DNA from: Candidatus Hadarchaeales archaeon
Lineage (GTDB): Archaea; Hadarchaeota; Hadarchaeia; Hadarchaeales; JAWBSP01
Reading direction: 5' to 3'
NCBI GenBank assembly: GCA_038842485.1
Contig: JAWBSP010000019.1
Location: 1 to 19,346, forward strand
Length of the DNA stretch: 19,346 nt
Within the stretch, counting starts at the first letter, position 1. Each line of letters begins with the position of its first letter. Made by a program: the position numbers and the translations under genes. The notes below the pieces were generated by a model. That model saw only the letters and a list, made by a program, of their open reading frames with translations, did not search any database and was not told the DNA's origin. Shown piece by piece: positions 7,895-16,691 of the stretch.

Positions 7895-10800
7895 GTTCTT
7901 CTACCTCCCTCTTCTTCAGAGGTATTTCCCTCCTTCTTTCTCTTATGAAGCGCTCAAGGGTTTCTACTGCGACCAGCTCTGGTTTGGTTAGCTTCTCCAA
8001 AACTGGTATCACTCTGGGCGGCGGTGGGGTAGGGGTGATCAGCTCCTCCGCTAGGCGGGCCAAATCCGTTCTCTCCCTCCTGTGCAGTTTCCTGCCGTAT
8101 GATCTGAGCCTGCGATCTATCTCCTCGGGGGGAGCTTCTATGATTCTCATCAGTTTTCTCTGGGTTCTTCTCGCCCAGAACTCCGAGGCTGCAGGGTACA
8201 TCATGACGCAGCTGATGGTCCCGATGATTCCAAGCCAGACCCAGAATATCACCCACGTTGGGAAGGTGGGAGCTCTTTTGGCTGTGACTGCGAAGCAGCT
8301 GTACCCGCTGGGCTCGAACTCGAGGTAGAGGGATCTCCCATCCTCGCCGGCGAGGCTGTAGGAGAGCTCGGCCCAGTCCCCCCTGTACCCCCAGACCTTC
8401 AGGGTATCCCTGTTCATCTGCTGCAGCCAGCTCTTCTCCACTTCGATTCTCATCCTCAAGGGCACGCCGTTCTCGAGAATCAGATCCAGATAGACGTAGA
8501 GTTCGGCGGGCAACTTGGGGAGCCAGGGTGGGAGATATCTGGATTCGGCAACGGAAACCCTTGCGGAGGGGGGGAGGGATCTGTACCAGAACCTGTTCAG
8601 GGAGGGGGAGAGATTGGTGAGCTCCACCACCTGCGAGGTGAGGGCCTCAACGGTCCGTGTCACTCTCTCCTCCAGGAATCTGGGGGCAAAGATGGAGCCA
8701 CCCCAGCTTTCCAACCCGAACCAGCCGAACTTCGGGAGGTAGGCGCTTTGGATAATTGTTTTCCAGCGGATGGGGGAGGAGACGGACCCGCCCATGCTCT
8801 CTAGGAAAGTCCAGATGTGGGGGGCAGATATTCTCCCGGAGCAACTGTCAAGCTGAAGGTATCCAATGCTCGGTCCTTCCAAGGTCAGTGACCTGTTGTC
8901 AATTTTCCTCCAGCAAGCAGTTGTCTGGATTCTTCCCGCGGCAGACTCGAGGATCCTCCAGCGGGCTGGCAGCGACCTAGCGGTCAGGGCTTCTAGGGTT
9001 TTCCAGCTACCGAGCGTTCCCCTTCCGCCCGCGCGTAAGCTCTCGCAGAGGCTCCACTCCGAGGGCGGAACTCCCACCGACCACGAGAGGGATTCGAGCG
9101 GTTTGAAGGAGGCTGGGGCTCTCACCTTGGGTTTCCAGCTCTCCAAGGTACGCCACTGCCTGTTCACCACGCTACCCGTCCAGCTCTCAAGCGTCACCCA
9201 GTAGTGCACTCCAGTACAAGTGGCGGTGAGGACATCAACCTCTGCCCAACTTGCCTCGCTGTACAGTTGCCAAAGCCAGCTCTCCACGGCATCCCAAGCC
9301 ACCCAGGCACGCGAGGTAGCCGACCAACCCTCGAGTTCCCGCCAGAAGGCCTCCGGATAGGAGCGGAGCGATGAACTCCAAACCTCGATACCCCTCCACC
9401 CCGCCGCCCCTTTCACGGAGCACGTCCATCCCTCCACCACGGTCCAGTAGTGAACTCCGATGCCAGAGGCGGAGAGTTCATCCACCCAGAACCAACCGGC
9501 CACCAAGTTCTCCAACTCATAAGCCCAGGAATCGACAAAGTGCCAAGTGCTGGGAGAACTGAGAGTTAATAGCCAAGTTTCGATGGATACCCATCCCGCT
9601 CTCCCCCTGACCGTGACGGTGAAGGAGTCCAGCGGAAGCCAATCGGAGGAGTACAAGATGAAGGGATCCGACCATGGTCCCACATTTCCCACACTGTCTA
9701 TGGCTTTAACCCTCCAGTAGTATGTTCCCCAAGCCAGCCCCGGTGCGACGTGGGTGTTCTCGCTGACCGTAACATCAACCTGTGGCAGGTAGAAGTTGGG
9801 TTCATCCGAAATCTGGACGGTGTACTGAGCCACTCCCGAGCCCACATCCGAGGCCGTGTAGCAGAGGGTGAAGGGCTGCCCAGCCTGAATGTGTGCCTCA
9901 TTTTCTGGAGCCAGCAGGGTCGGTTTGGAGGGGGGGTCAATGTCCACCTTAAATCTCCAGACCGTCGACCAGGGGCCCCAGTTTCCGGCGTTGTCCCTGG
10001 CTTTCACCCTCCAGTAATAGGTGCTCACGGGGAGGGGCGGTGAAACGATCCAGTTGTCCGAGTAAATCTCCGCCACCCTGGTTAGGTTTATGAAATCGGG
10101 GAAGTCGGAAACCTCGACCCGGTAGAGGACGGGCGGTGAGTTTTCTGGGACGGGCAGCCAATCAAGATTGGGTTTAGCCGACGCCCACCCGTTATTCTCT
10201 GGGTGGAGGAGGGAGGGAGCGGATGGCAGGACCGTGTCGATCTTAAACCTCCAGGCATTTTCTTGGAAGTTCCCGACATTGCCCGCATTGTCGGCCGCGC
10301 AGACCTTCCAGTAGTAGGTCACATTCTCCTGCAGGCCGGAGACCTCATGTGCATTGTCGGAGACCCATGTCTCGATTACGATGTTCTCGGGCTCGAAGTA
10401 GGGTGAGTTTGAAATCCTGAGGCAGTAGATTAGGGGCAGGGAGTTCTCGGGGGGAACCGTCCAGCGCAGCAGTGGTGTCGGGTCATTCACGTCCTGGCCA
10501 TCTGAGGGTGAGAGCAGTTCTGGGGGTGCAGGTTTTAGGGTGTCGATCCTGAAGGTTCTTACCGACCACCCACTAGGCGTTCCAGTCCGGTAGCATCTGA
10601 CTCTCCACCAGTACAGATTGTCAGGTAAGGGGAAAGTGGTGTAGGAGGTCTGGGTTCCGGGCAGGGTTACAGAGATTTCGAGGGAGGAGAAGCTCTCGTC
10701 GTTGTCCACCTGCAGTTCAAAGTAGTCGACCGGTTGCAGATTTTCCCAGCTCAGGGTCGGGGTGTTGTCGCTGGTGTTGAGGCCGTTCTCGGGTGAGAGG

Positions 10801-13800
10801 TTGGCTGGAGGATAGAGCGGGGCTTGGACCTGGACGGACCTGAGTTCCAAGAGCCGCCACCACGCCGGGAAGAGGAGGGTTGAGGAGAGGGAATCCGTCT
10901 GGAGCCAGCAGACTCTGCTCGGGCAAGAAGCCGACCAGCTTTCGGCGATCGCCCACGCCGGGATTGTTCCGGCTCCCCCGGACCGTTCCTCCAGCCGATA
11001 CCAAACACATATCGTGGGCGCGAGTCCATCAGACCAAACTTCGGTTAGGTTCCAAGAGGCCGGGAATCGAACTTGCGCAAGCCGACTCTCAACCAGGAAC
11101 CAAGAAACCGGCATCCTGATTCCACAGGTCCATTCCCCAAGCAAGAACCATGTGGCGGGAGTGGGTGTTGTGGAGCTGAAGGATTCCAACTGTTTCCACA
11201 CAACGGGGGCAGGTAACCAAATTATCCAGCTCTCAAGTGCAATCCAGCGGGCGCCGGCTGAAATCTCACCGACCAGGTTCTCGAGCGCGAGCCACTCCGC
11301 CATCGTGGCGACACCGCACTGCCAGCTCTCTGCACGTGTCCAGCATGGCAGGTTCGTGAGACCCCCAGTCCAGCCTTGAAGGAGGAACCAGCCCGCAGGG
11401 GATGACGCACTCCCCGCCCACTCTTCCAGTCCCCTCCACAGGCAGATGCAGCCGAGGGCTGCATCCAAGGAGTCCGCCTTCCTCCAAAGGGCGGGGGAGG
11501 TCACAAGGATGGTGGAGGCTTCCAGCATGGCCCAACCGACCGTTGTCCGTGCCCGGCCTGTCCAGGATTCCGCCTCCCTCCACCTGCAGGCATCCAGAAG
11601 CCAGCTGTCCGACCACTGTCCGAGATTTCCCGCCACATCCACCGACCTCACCCTCCACCGGTAGGATCCAGCCTCGATCTGGACCGTCAGCGAATTTTCG
11701 ACAACCTCTTGATTCTCATAGGCGAGCAACTCCCCTCTCCAGAGCTGGAACCAGTAGTGCGATACTCCCGATCCCTCATCGGTTGCGCTCTGCCACTTGA
11801 AGGTTATGGATCCCTCAGGAAGGAAGGAGAGGTTCTCGGGGGAAACAAGCTGCACTTTGGAGGGGGGCGTGTTGTCGCACCTGAATCTCCATATCTGGGA
11901 CCACCCGCTCGAGTTGCCGGCGTTGTCGCAGGCTCTGACTTTCCACCAGTAGGTCCCTTCCTCGAGGGTGACATCCAGCCGGTTCTCTAGGATCCAGACG
12001 TTCTCAACGATCAGAGTGAAGGACGGGTCGTAAGCTATGAGGACGTTGTACCGAACGGGGAGGGAATTTTCGGGGACGTCCGACCATCTTAAAGTCAGGG
12101 AGGATGTCACCCAAGAATCGTTTTCAGGCGAACTCAACTGAGGTGCAGCTGGCGGGAGAGTGTCGACTCTGAACTTCCGGACGGCGGAGTAAAGACCATT
12201 GTTCCCAGCATTGTCGCGTGCGAGGACCCTCCAGTGGTAGACATTGTCTGGAAGGAAGGGAGTCTCGATCTGGTTTTCCGAAACCCAACTGGCCCACACG
12301 ATGTTCTCTTCCTCGAAGTACTTTGAAACCGAGATTTCCACCCGATAAGTTAGCGGGAAGGAGTTTTCGGGTGGAGTGGTCCAGCGGAGGAGGGGGGTTG
12401 GATCGTTCAGGTTTTCACCGTCTCCGGGGTAGAGAGGTGAAGGCTCTGCCGGGGCGATCGTGTCAACCCTGAAGCGCCAGACCGCCGACCAGCCTGAGAA
12501 AGCCCCCGTTCTCCACTGGCGGACCCTCCAGTTGTACAGGTTGTCGCTGAGTCCGCTCGGCTGGTACTGATTGGAAGTGACGGTTAATGAAACCTCGGGC
12601 GAGCTGAAGTCGGGGTCGTTGTCGATTTGAAGATCGAAGTAGTCAGCCGGTAGGAGATTCTCCCATTGCAGGATGAGCGGGGTCGTGTTCGGGTTTATAT
12701 TCAGACCGTCGGGTGGGGAGGCGAGTGTTGGGGTGGGAACCGGGGAGGCAACCAAATCGTGGAAAATGTCCAGTTCCCTCCACTTGCAGGGGGCATGAAC
12801 GAGAGTGGAGAGAGCCTCCACATGTAACCAGGCGGGGGGGGTGCCAATACCGCTGCTAAAAGTTTCGAGCCCCTCCCATGTTCCAATCGTTCCAGTCCCA
12901 CCGCCCCACGAATCGAGCCCATGCCATGAAGTCGGCCATGTGATTTGCGCTGATGCGGAATCAACAGCATGCCAGTTTGCTTGACTCCTCAGATCTCCCG
13001 TCCAAAAATCTGCCTCCCTCCAGCTCGGGACGGTTCTGACAAGTGCCAGCCAGGCGTCAAGCGAGACCCAGAGGGTTACCGCCTCACCGGTGCATGCCAG
13101 CTGATCAAGCGAGAACCAACTCGAAGGAAAGTTGAGAGACCCAACAACTGACTCAATCTGGCTCCATTGGGCTGGGCACGAAACCGTTGTTTCCCAAGTT
13201 TCGAGCATACGGTGGAAGGAAATGGTTTGAGCGCGCCCACCGAAGCTTTCAATCTCAGTCCACTCGGGCAGGGTTAGAGAGGCCGCACCCCAGCTCTCGA
13301 TTGGTCTCCAGGAGGGAACGGTAAGGGAGGTGAAGCCCCACGAGTCAAGGGCAATCCATCCCGGGACGTTCCTGATGGATTCTGTCCAATTCTCAACTAC
13401 CCTCCAGCCGTATGTAACTTGGATGGAGACCGTCCATTCCTCAACCCTTACCCAGGTGCAGACGGTGAAACAATTTTCCTCCGACCAAGAACCGAGGTTC
13501 CCAGCTGCATCCCTAGCGCGGACCCTCCAGAGGTAAATTCCCGTCTCCAGATGCAGAAGCAGTTGGTTCTCTGGCACGAAAGTGTTTTCGTACACGAGCA
13601 CCCCACCGGAATAGATTTGGACCCAATAACTCAGCTCACCCGAACCGTCGGCTGCCGAGAAGATGAGGAGCACATCCATCGGAACAAAGGAAGAGTTCTC
13701 GGGTGAGAGCAGAGTTGGCTTACTGGGTGGGATGTTGTCCGTTCTGAAGTATTGGATCGCTGAATTTTCACCCACGTTTCCTGCATCGTCCATGGCGCAG

Positions 13801-16568
13801 ACCCTCCAGTAGAAGATCTTTCCCTCCAGCCCCAGCCCCTCTTCGAGCACTGGGGAGGTCCAGGAGTTCTCCTGAATCCAGGGGGAGGTGTAAACCGTGT
13901 AGAGGGATTCGTTAAAGCTGGAGCTCTCGCAGATCCAGACTTTATACCTGACTGGTGTGGAATTCTCTGCAACGGCCTCCCAAGTCAGGGTTGGGGTCGG
14001 GGTGGTCCACTGGCCCGAAACCGGGGAAATTGGGGTCGGGACCGGTGGTTTTACCGTGTCCACCCGGAAACTTCCCGCCGACCAAGGTCCTATCCATCCC
14101 GCATTGTCCCTGACCCTAACTCTCCAGTAATACACTCCATCCGTAAGCTCACCCGCAAGCTGGTACTGGTTCTCGGAAAGCCAGCCGACGCTCAGAAGGA
14201 AGGGTTCGTTGAAGGCTGGTTCGTTGTCGAGCTGCAGCCAGTAGGTTAGTGGAAGAGAGTTCTCGGGAACGGAGCTCCAGCGGAACGGGGGAGTGTTGTC
14301 CTTTATGCTTGACCCAGGTGCGGGGAAAATCAGGAGGGGCGCACCCGGTGGAGTCGTGTCGACGCGGAAGTACCCCACGGACCAGCTGGAGGGGACGCCT
14401 GTTCGGAACTGTCTCACCCTCCACCAGTACAGATTGTCTTGAAGCTCTGGCGTTGTGTAGGAGGTCTGGGTTCCGGGGAGGATTTCTGACACACACGGCG
14501 ACGAGAAATCTTGATCGTTGTCGACCTGAAGTTCGAATTCGTCCGCGGGTAGCAGGTTCTCCCAGCTAAGTGTTGGGGTGTTGTCCGCACTGTTGAAACC
14601 GTTCTCGGGTGAGAGGTTTGCCGGGGGAGGAACGGGGGAGGAAATGCTCCCGGTTCGAATTTCTGCCGATAGCCATCCCGCTGGGCTTGTGGTATAAGTA
14701 TCGCAAGTTTCAAGCGACCACCAAAGGGCGCTCGGTGGGACGAGCGAGGCGGTTTGAAGGTCAGTGAATTGCCAGCGGGGGGAGGTCTGAAAGATGCCAG
14801 ACCATCCCTCCACCGGATACCATCGGGAGGGAGAGCCGATGTTTGAGGCGAAAGTCTCGATCCGTATCCAGAGCGGGAGAGTTGAAACCTTGGTTTCGAT
14901 AATTTCCGTCCTTCTCCAAAAGGTCGGGGAGTTTAGTCTACTCTCGAGCGAATCCAAGGTGAACCAGAAGTAAGAGGTTCTAGGCAGGCCTAAAAACGCT
15001 TCTAACGGCCACCATCCGGCTGAAGCGGAACATGAGCCTAACCAGTGTTCCAGCGGCGACCAGTAGATTAGGCACCTGCTTGAACTGGCCCAGTGCTCTA
15101 GCGATAACCAACAGGCTAGGGAACTGCAAGTTCCTGAAAGAGCCTCCACAAAACTCCAGCCGAATCCTCCGATTACCGACCCGATGAAATCGTCTAGGTG
15201 GAGCCAGTTGCGGGGCGTGGTGATTTGTCCATTCAATTCCTCAAGCTGTTTCCAATCGGCGGCTGTGGTTAGCCCGCTCGTCCAGCCCTCCAGAGTGACC
15301 CACCCCCTCACGAAGAAGTATTGGGTCGACCAGGGACCGGTGTTCTGGGCACCGTCAACCGCTCTAACCCTCCACCAGTACCCACCAAGCTCTAATGTCA
15401 GGGTGAGCGAGTTGTCGGTCAGGGTCTCGGAGTGAATGTATGGCTCGAGGAATTCGTTCTCGTTGTCCAAGACGAATTCGTAAACCACTCCGCTGAGGTC
15501 GACGATCCCGGACCACGAGAAGCCCACGGTTGCGGTTTCCAGCTCGGCCCCGTTTTCTGGGAGCAGGTTTTCTGGCGTGGCGGGGGGCGTGTCGTCGTAA
15601 CCGCAGCAGGCGTCAGGCTCGGCCGGTGCATTTTCGTAGTTCCCCTTATCGTCCCATGCTCTCGAGTAGAACTGGTAGAAGCCGTTCGCGGGTGGTGCAA
15701 AGACCCTTGAGTAGGGAGGGGTTGAGTCGTTGTCGTAGAGGATCCAGTTGCCCCAATTTATGTTATCCGAGGAGTAGCGGTACCAGAACTCGACGTTCTC
15801 CACAAGACCATCGTTGTCCGTGGCGGTGGCGGTGAGGGTGAAGGGTGCGTTCTGCCAGTAGGGGGAAATGGGGCCGATGGAGGAGGATGGGAAGACCTTC
15901 AGGTTGAAGCGGTAGACCGCCGAGGGGTTCTCGTTTCCGGCCCCATCGATGGCGATAACCCTCCAGTAATAGGGAGAGAAGTTCTCCACAAGTTTGTTCT
16001 CAGCTTGGTGGGAGTTTTCGGTCAGGAGCTTCGAGTAGTAGGGGGAGGAAAAGTCCGGGTCGTTGTCTATCTCCAAAAGGTAGGTGATTCCGGAGGGGTC
16101 GGTTACGGTGGTCCAGGTGAACAGGGGCTGGTCAACTAGGAGATTTTCCCCATTTTCCGGTTGGAGTAAATCGGGGGCGGCAGGGGCGGTGATGTCCACC
16201 CTGAAGCGCCAAGCGCCCGACCAACCTGATGTGTCGCCGGTTGATGAATTCCTCGCTCTTACCTTCCAGTAATAGATTACCATTTCAGCCAGTTCCACGG
16301 TTGGGGTGTACTGATTTTCGAGGGGGAAATCGTTTATCTCGGGGGAGGTGAAATCGGAATCGTTGTCAACCAAGATCTGGTAGGAGTCCGCCCCCTCCAC
16401 GCTCGTCCATCTAAAGAGGGGAGTATTGTCCGCAACCCAGGAATTGTCTGGGGGGCTCAGAGGCGTGGGAGTAGGTAGAAGTGCAAGGGCGGGAGGAACA
16501 TGGACTAACATCAGCATAACGACTAATGCTATGGCTACCCCCTGCCTGAAAATGTTGATGCGAGACAC
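7848..16568 (-). CDS. Giant (2906 aa) cell-surface protein: signal peptide, 16 FN3/Ig-like domains in four blocks, four blocks of 16-aa Trp repeats, PGF-pre-PGF-like domain, TM helix, ~115-aa cytoplasmic tail
   Basis: Uninterrupted 8.7-kb ORF with N-terminal signal (AIALVVMLMLVHVPPALA). Recurring P..L.SP.N/DG....TP...W....Y....DND.DF.SP....YYWRVRA.D.AGN.G.WS domains. EVEKSWL...WAEL...GEDG...EPSGYSCFAVT resembles PGF-pre-PGF. TM TWVIFWVWLGIIGTISCVMMY at 8196-8258. Confidence 0.95.
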   Translation of the reverse strand: MSRINIFRQGVAIALVVMLMLVHVPPALALLPTPTPLSPPDNSWVADNTPLFRWTSVEGADSYQILVDNDSDFTSPEINDFPLENQYTPTVELAEMVIYYWKVRARNSSTGDTSGWSGAWRFRVDITAPAAPDLLQPENGENLLVDQPLFTWTTVTDPSGITYLLEIDNDPDFSSPYYSKLLTENSHQAENKLVENFSPYYWRVIAIDGAGNENPSAVYRFNLKVFPSSSIGPISPYWQNAPFTLTATATDNDGLVENVEFWYRYSSDNINWGNWILYDNDSTPPYSRVFAPPANGFYQFYSRAWDDKGNYENAPAEPDACCGYDDTPPATPENLLPENGAELETATVGFSWSGIVDLSGVVYEFVLDNENEFLEPYIHSETLTDNSLTLTLELGGYWWRVRAVDGAQNTGPWSTQYFFVRGWVTLEGWTSGLTTAADWKQLEELNGQITTPRNWLHLDDFIGSVIGGFGWSFVEALSGTCSSLACWLSLEHWASSSRCLIYWSPLEHWLGSCSASAGWWPLEAFLGLPRTSYFWFTLDSLESRLNSPTFWRRTEIIETKVSTLPLWIRIETFASNIGSPSRWYPVEGWSGIFQTSPRWQFTDLQTASLVPPSALWWSLETCDTYTTSPAGWLSAEIRTGSISSPVPPPANLSPENGFNSADNTPTLSWENLLPADEFELQVDNDQDFSSPCVSEILPGTQTSYTTPELQDNLYWWRVRQFRTGVPSSWSVGYFRVDTTPPGAPLLIFPAPGSSIKDNTPPFRWSSVPENSLPLTYWLQLDNEPAFNEPFLLSVGWLSENQYQLAGELTDGVYYWRVRVRDNAGWIGPWSAGSFRVDTVKPPVPTPISPVSGQWTTPTPTLTWEAVAENSTPVRYKVWICESSSFNESLYTVYTSPWIQENSWTSPVLEEGLGLEGKIFYWRVCAMDDAGNVGENSAIQYFRTDNIPPSKPTLLSPENSSFVPMDVLLIFSAADGSGELSYWVQIYSGGVLVYENTFVPENQLLLHLETGIYLWRVRARDAAGNLGSWSEENCFTVCTWVRVEEWTVSIQVTYGWRVVENWTESIRNVPGWIALDSWGFTSLTVPSWRPIESWGAASLTLPEWTEIESFGGRAQTISFHRMLETWETTVSCPAQWSQIESVVGSLNFPSSWFSLDQLACTGEAVTLWVSLDAWLALVRTVPSWREADFWTGDLRSQANWHAVDSASAQITWPTSWHGLDSWGGGTGTIGTWEGLETFSSGIGTPPAWLHVEALSTLVHAPCKWRELDIFHDLVASPVPTPTLASPPDGLNINPNTTPLILQWENLLPADYFDLQIDNDPDFSSPEVSLTVTSNQYQPSGLSDNLYNWRVRQWRTGAFSGWSAVWRFRVDTIAPAEPSPLYPGDGENLNDPTPLLRWTTPPENSFPLTYRVEISVSKYFEEENIVWASWVSENQIETPFLPDNVYHWRVLARDNAGNNGLYSAVRKFRVDTLPPAAPQLSSPENDSWVTSSLTLRWSDVPENSLPVRYNVLIAYDPSFTLIVENVWILENRLDVTLEEGTYWWKVRACDNAGNSSGWSQIWRFRCDNTPPSKVQLVSPENLSFLPEGSITFKWQSATDEGSGVSHYWFQLWRGELLAYENQEVVENSLTVQIEAGSYRWRVRSVDVAGNLGQWSDSWLLDACRWREAESWTGRARTTVGWAMLEASTILVTSPALWRKADSLDAALGCICLWRGLEEWAGSASSPAGWFLLQGWTGGLTNLPCWTRAESWQCGVATMAEWLALENLVGEISAGARWIALESWIIWLPAPVVWKQLESFSSTTPTPATWFLLGEWTCGIRMPVSWFLVESRLAQVRFPASWNLTEVWSDGLAPTICVWYRLEERSGGAGTIPAWAIAESWSASCPSRVCWLQTDSLSSTLLFPAWWRLLELRSVQVQAPLYPPANLSPENGLNTSDNTPTLSWENLQPVDYFELQVDNDESFSSLEISVTLPGTQTSYTTFPLPDNLYWWRVRCYRTGTPSGWSVRTFRIDTLKPAPPELLSPSDGQDVNDPTPLLRWTVPPENSLPLIYCLRISNSPYFEPENIVIETWVSDNAHEVSGLQENVTYYWKVCAADNAGNVGNFQENAWRFKIDTVLPSAPSLLHPENNGWASAKPNLDWLPVPENSPPVLYRVEVSDFPDFINLTRVAEIYSDNWIVSPPLPVSTYYWRVKARDNAGNWGPWSTVWRFKVDIDPPSKPTLLAPENEAHIQAGQPFTLCYTASDVGSGVAQYTVQISDEPNFYLPQVDVTVSENTHVAPGLAWGTYYWRVKAIDSVGNVGPWSDPFILYSSDWLPLDSFTVTVRGRAGWVSIETWLLTLSSPSTWHFVDSWAYELENLVAGWFWVDELSASGIGVHYWTVVEGWTCSVKGAAGWRGIEVWSSSLRSYPEAFWRELEGWSATSRAWVAWDAVESWLWQLYSEASWAEVDVLTATCTGVHYWVTLESWTGSVVNRQWRTLESWKPKVRAPASFKPLESLSWSVGVPPSEWSLCESLRAGGRGTLGSWKTLEALTARSLPARWRILESAAGRIQTTACWRKIDNRSLTLEGPSIGYLQLDSCSGRISAPHIWTFLESMGGSVSSPIRWKTIIQSAYLPKFGWFGLESWGGSIFAPRFLEERVTRTVEALTSQVVELTNLSPSLNRFWYRSLPPSARVSVAESRYLPPWLPKLPAELYVYLDLILENGVPLRMRIEVEKSWLQQMNRDTLKVWGYRGDWAELSYSLAGEDGRSLYLEFEPSGYSCFAVTAKRAPTFPTWVIFWVWLGIIGTISCVMMYPAASEFWARRTQRKLMRIIEAPPEEIDRRLRSYGRKLHRRERTDLARLAEELITPTPPPPRVIPVLEKLTKPELVAVETLERFIRERRREIPLKKREVEELKKLRERMERRKGRS
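8682..9641 (-). repeat. Trp-repeat block 4 (~20 units of ~16 aa)
   Basis: WLPLDSFTVTVRGRAG / WVSIETWLLTLSSPST / ... / WFGLESWGGSIFAP; unit length 14-18 aa. Confidence 0.9.
10818..11582 (-). repeat. Trp-repeat block 3 (16 units of 16 aa)
   Basis: WREAESWTGRARTTVG / WAMLEASTILVTSPAL / ... / WRLLELRSVQVQAP. Confidence 0.92.
12741..13454 (-). repeat. Trp-repeat block 2 (15 units of 16 aa)
   Basis: WVRVEEWTVSIQVTYG / WRVVENWTESIRNVPG / ... / WRELDIFHDLVASP. Confidence 0.92.
14634..15302 (-). repeat. Trp-repeat block 1 (14 units of 16 aa)
   Basis: WVTLEGWTSGLTTAAD / WKQLEELNGQITTPRN / ... / WLSAEIRTGSISSP. Confidence 0.92.
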
Positions 16569-16616
16569 CGACTAACTATTGGGGTTGCCTTTTGTTCGAA
16601 CTTTGGAATGGGGTAA

Positions 16617-16646
16617 TGTTTCGAGCCTTTTCGAAACAAATAAATA
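16617..16646 (-). promoter_or_regulatory. Putative operator inverted repeat abutting a TATA-like element upstream of the giant gene
   Basis: Perfect inverted repeat TGTTTCGA-N6-TCGAAACA at 16617-16638. Minus-strand TATTTATTT at 16646-16638 lies immediately upstream. Confidence 0.5.
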
Positions 16647-16691
16647 GCTCTGGCAGCAGAAAACTAATTTTCCTTGACGGATTTAGGTCGA

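Noticed and set aside
7848-16568. Diversity-generating retroelement acting on the giant protein
   Set aside because: No reverse transcriptase, and no near-identical TR/VR pair differing only at adenines was seen.
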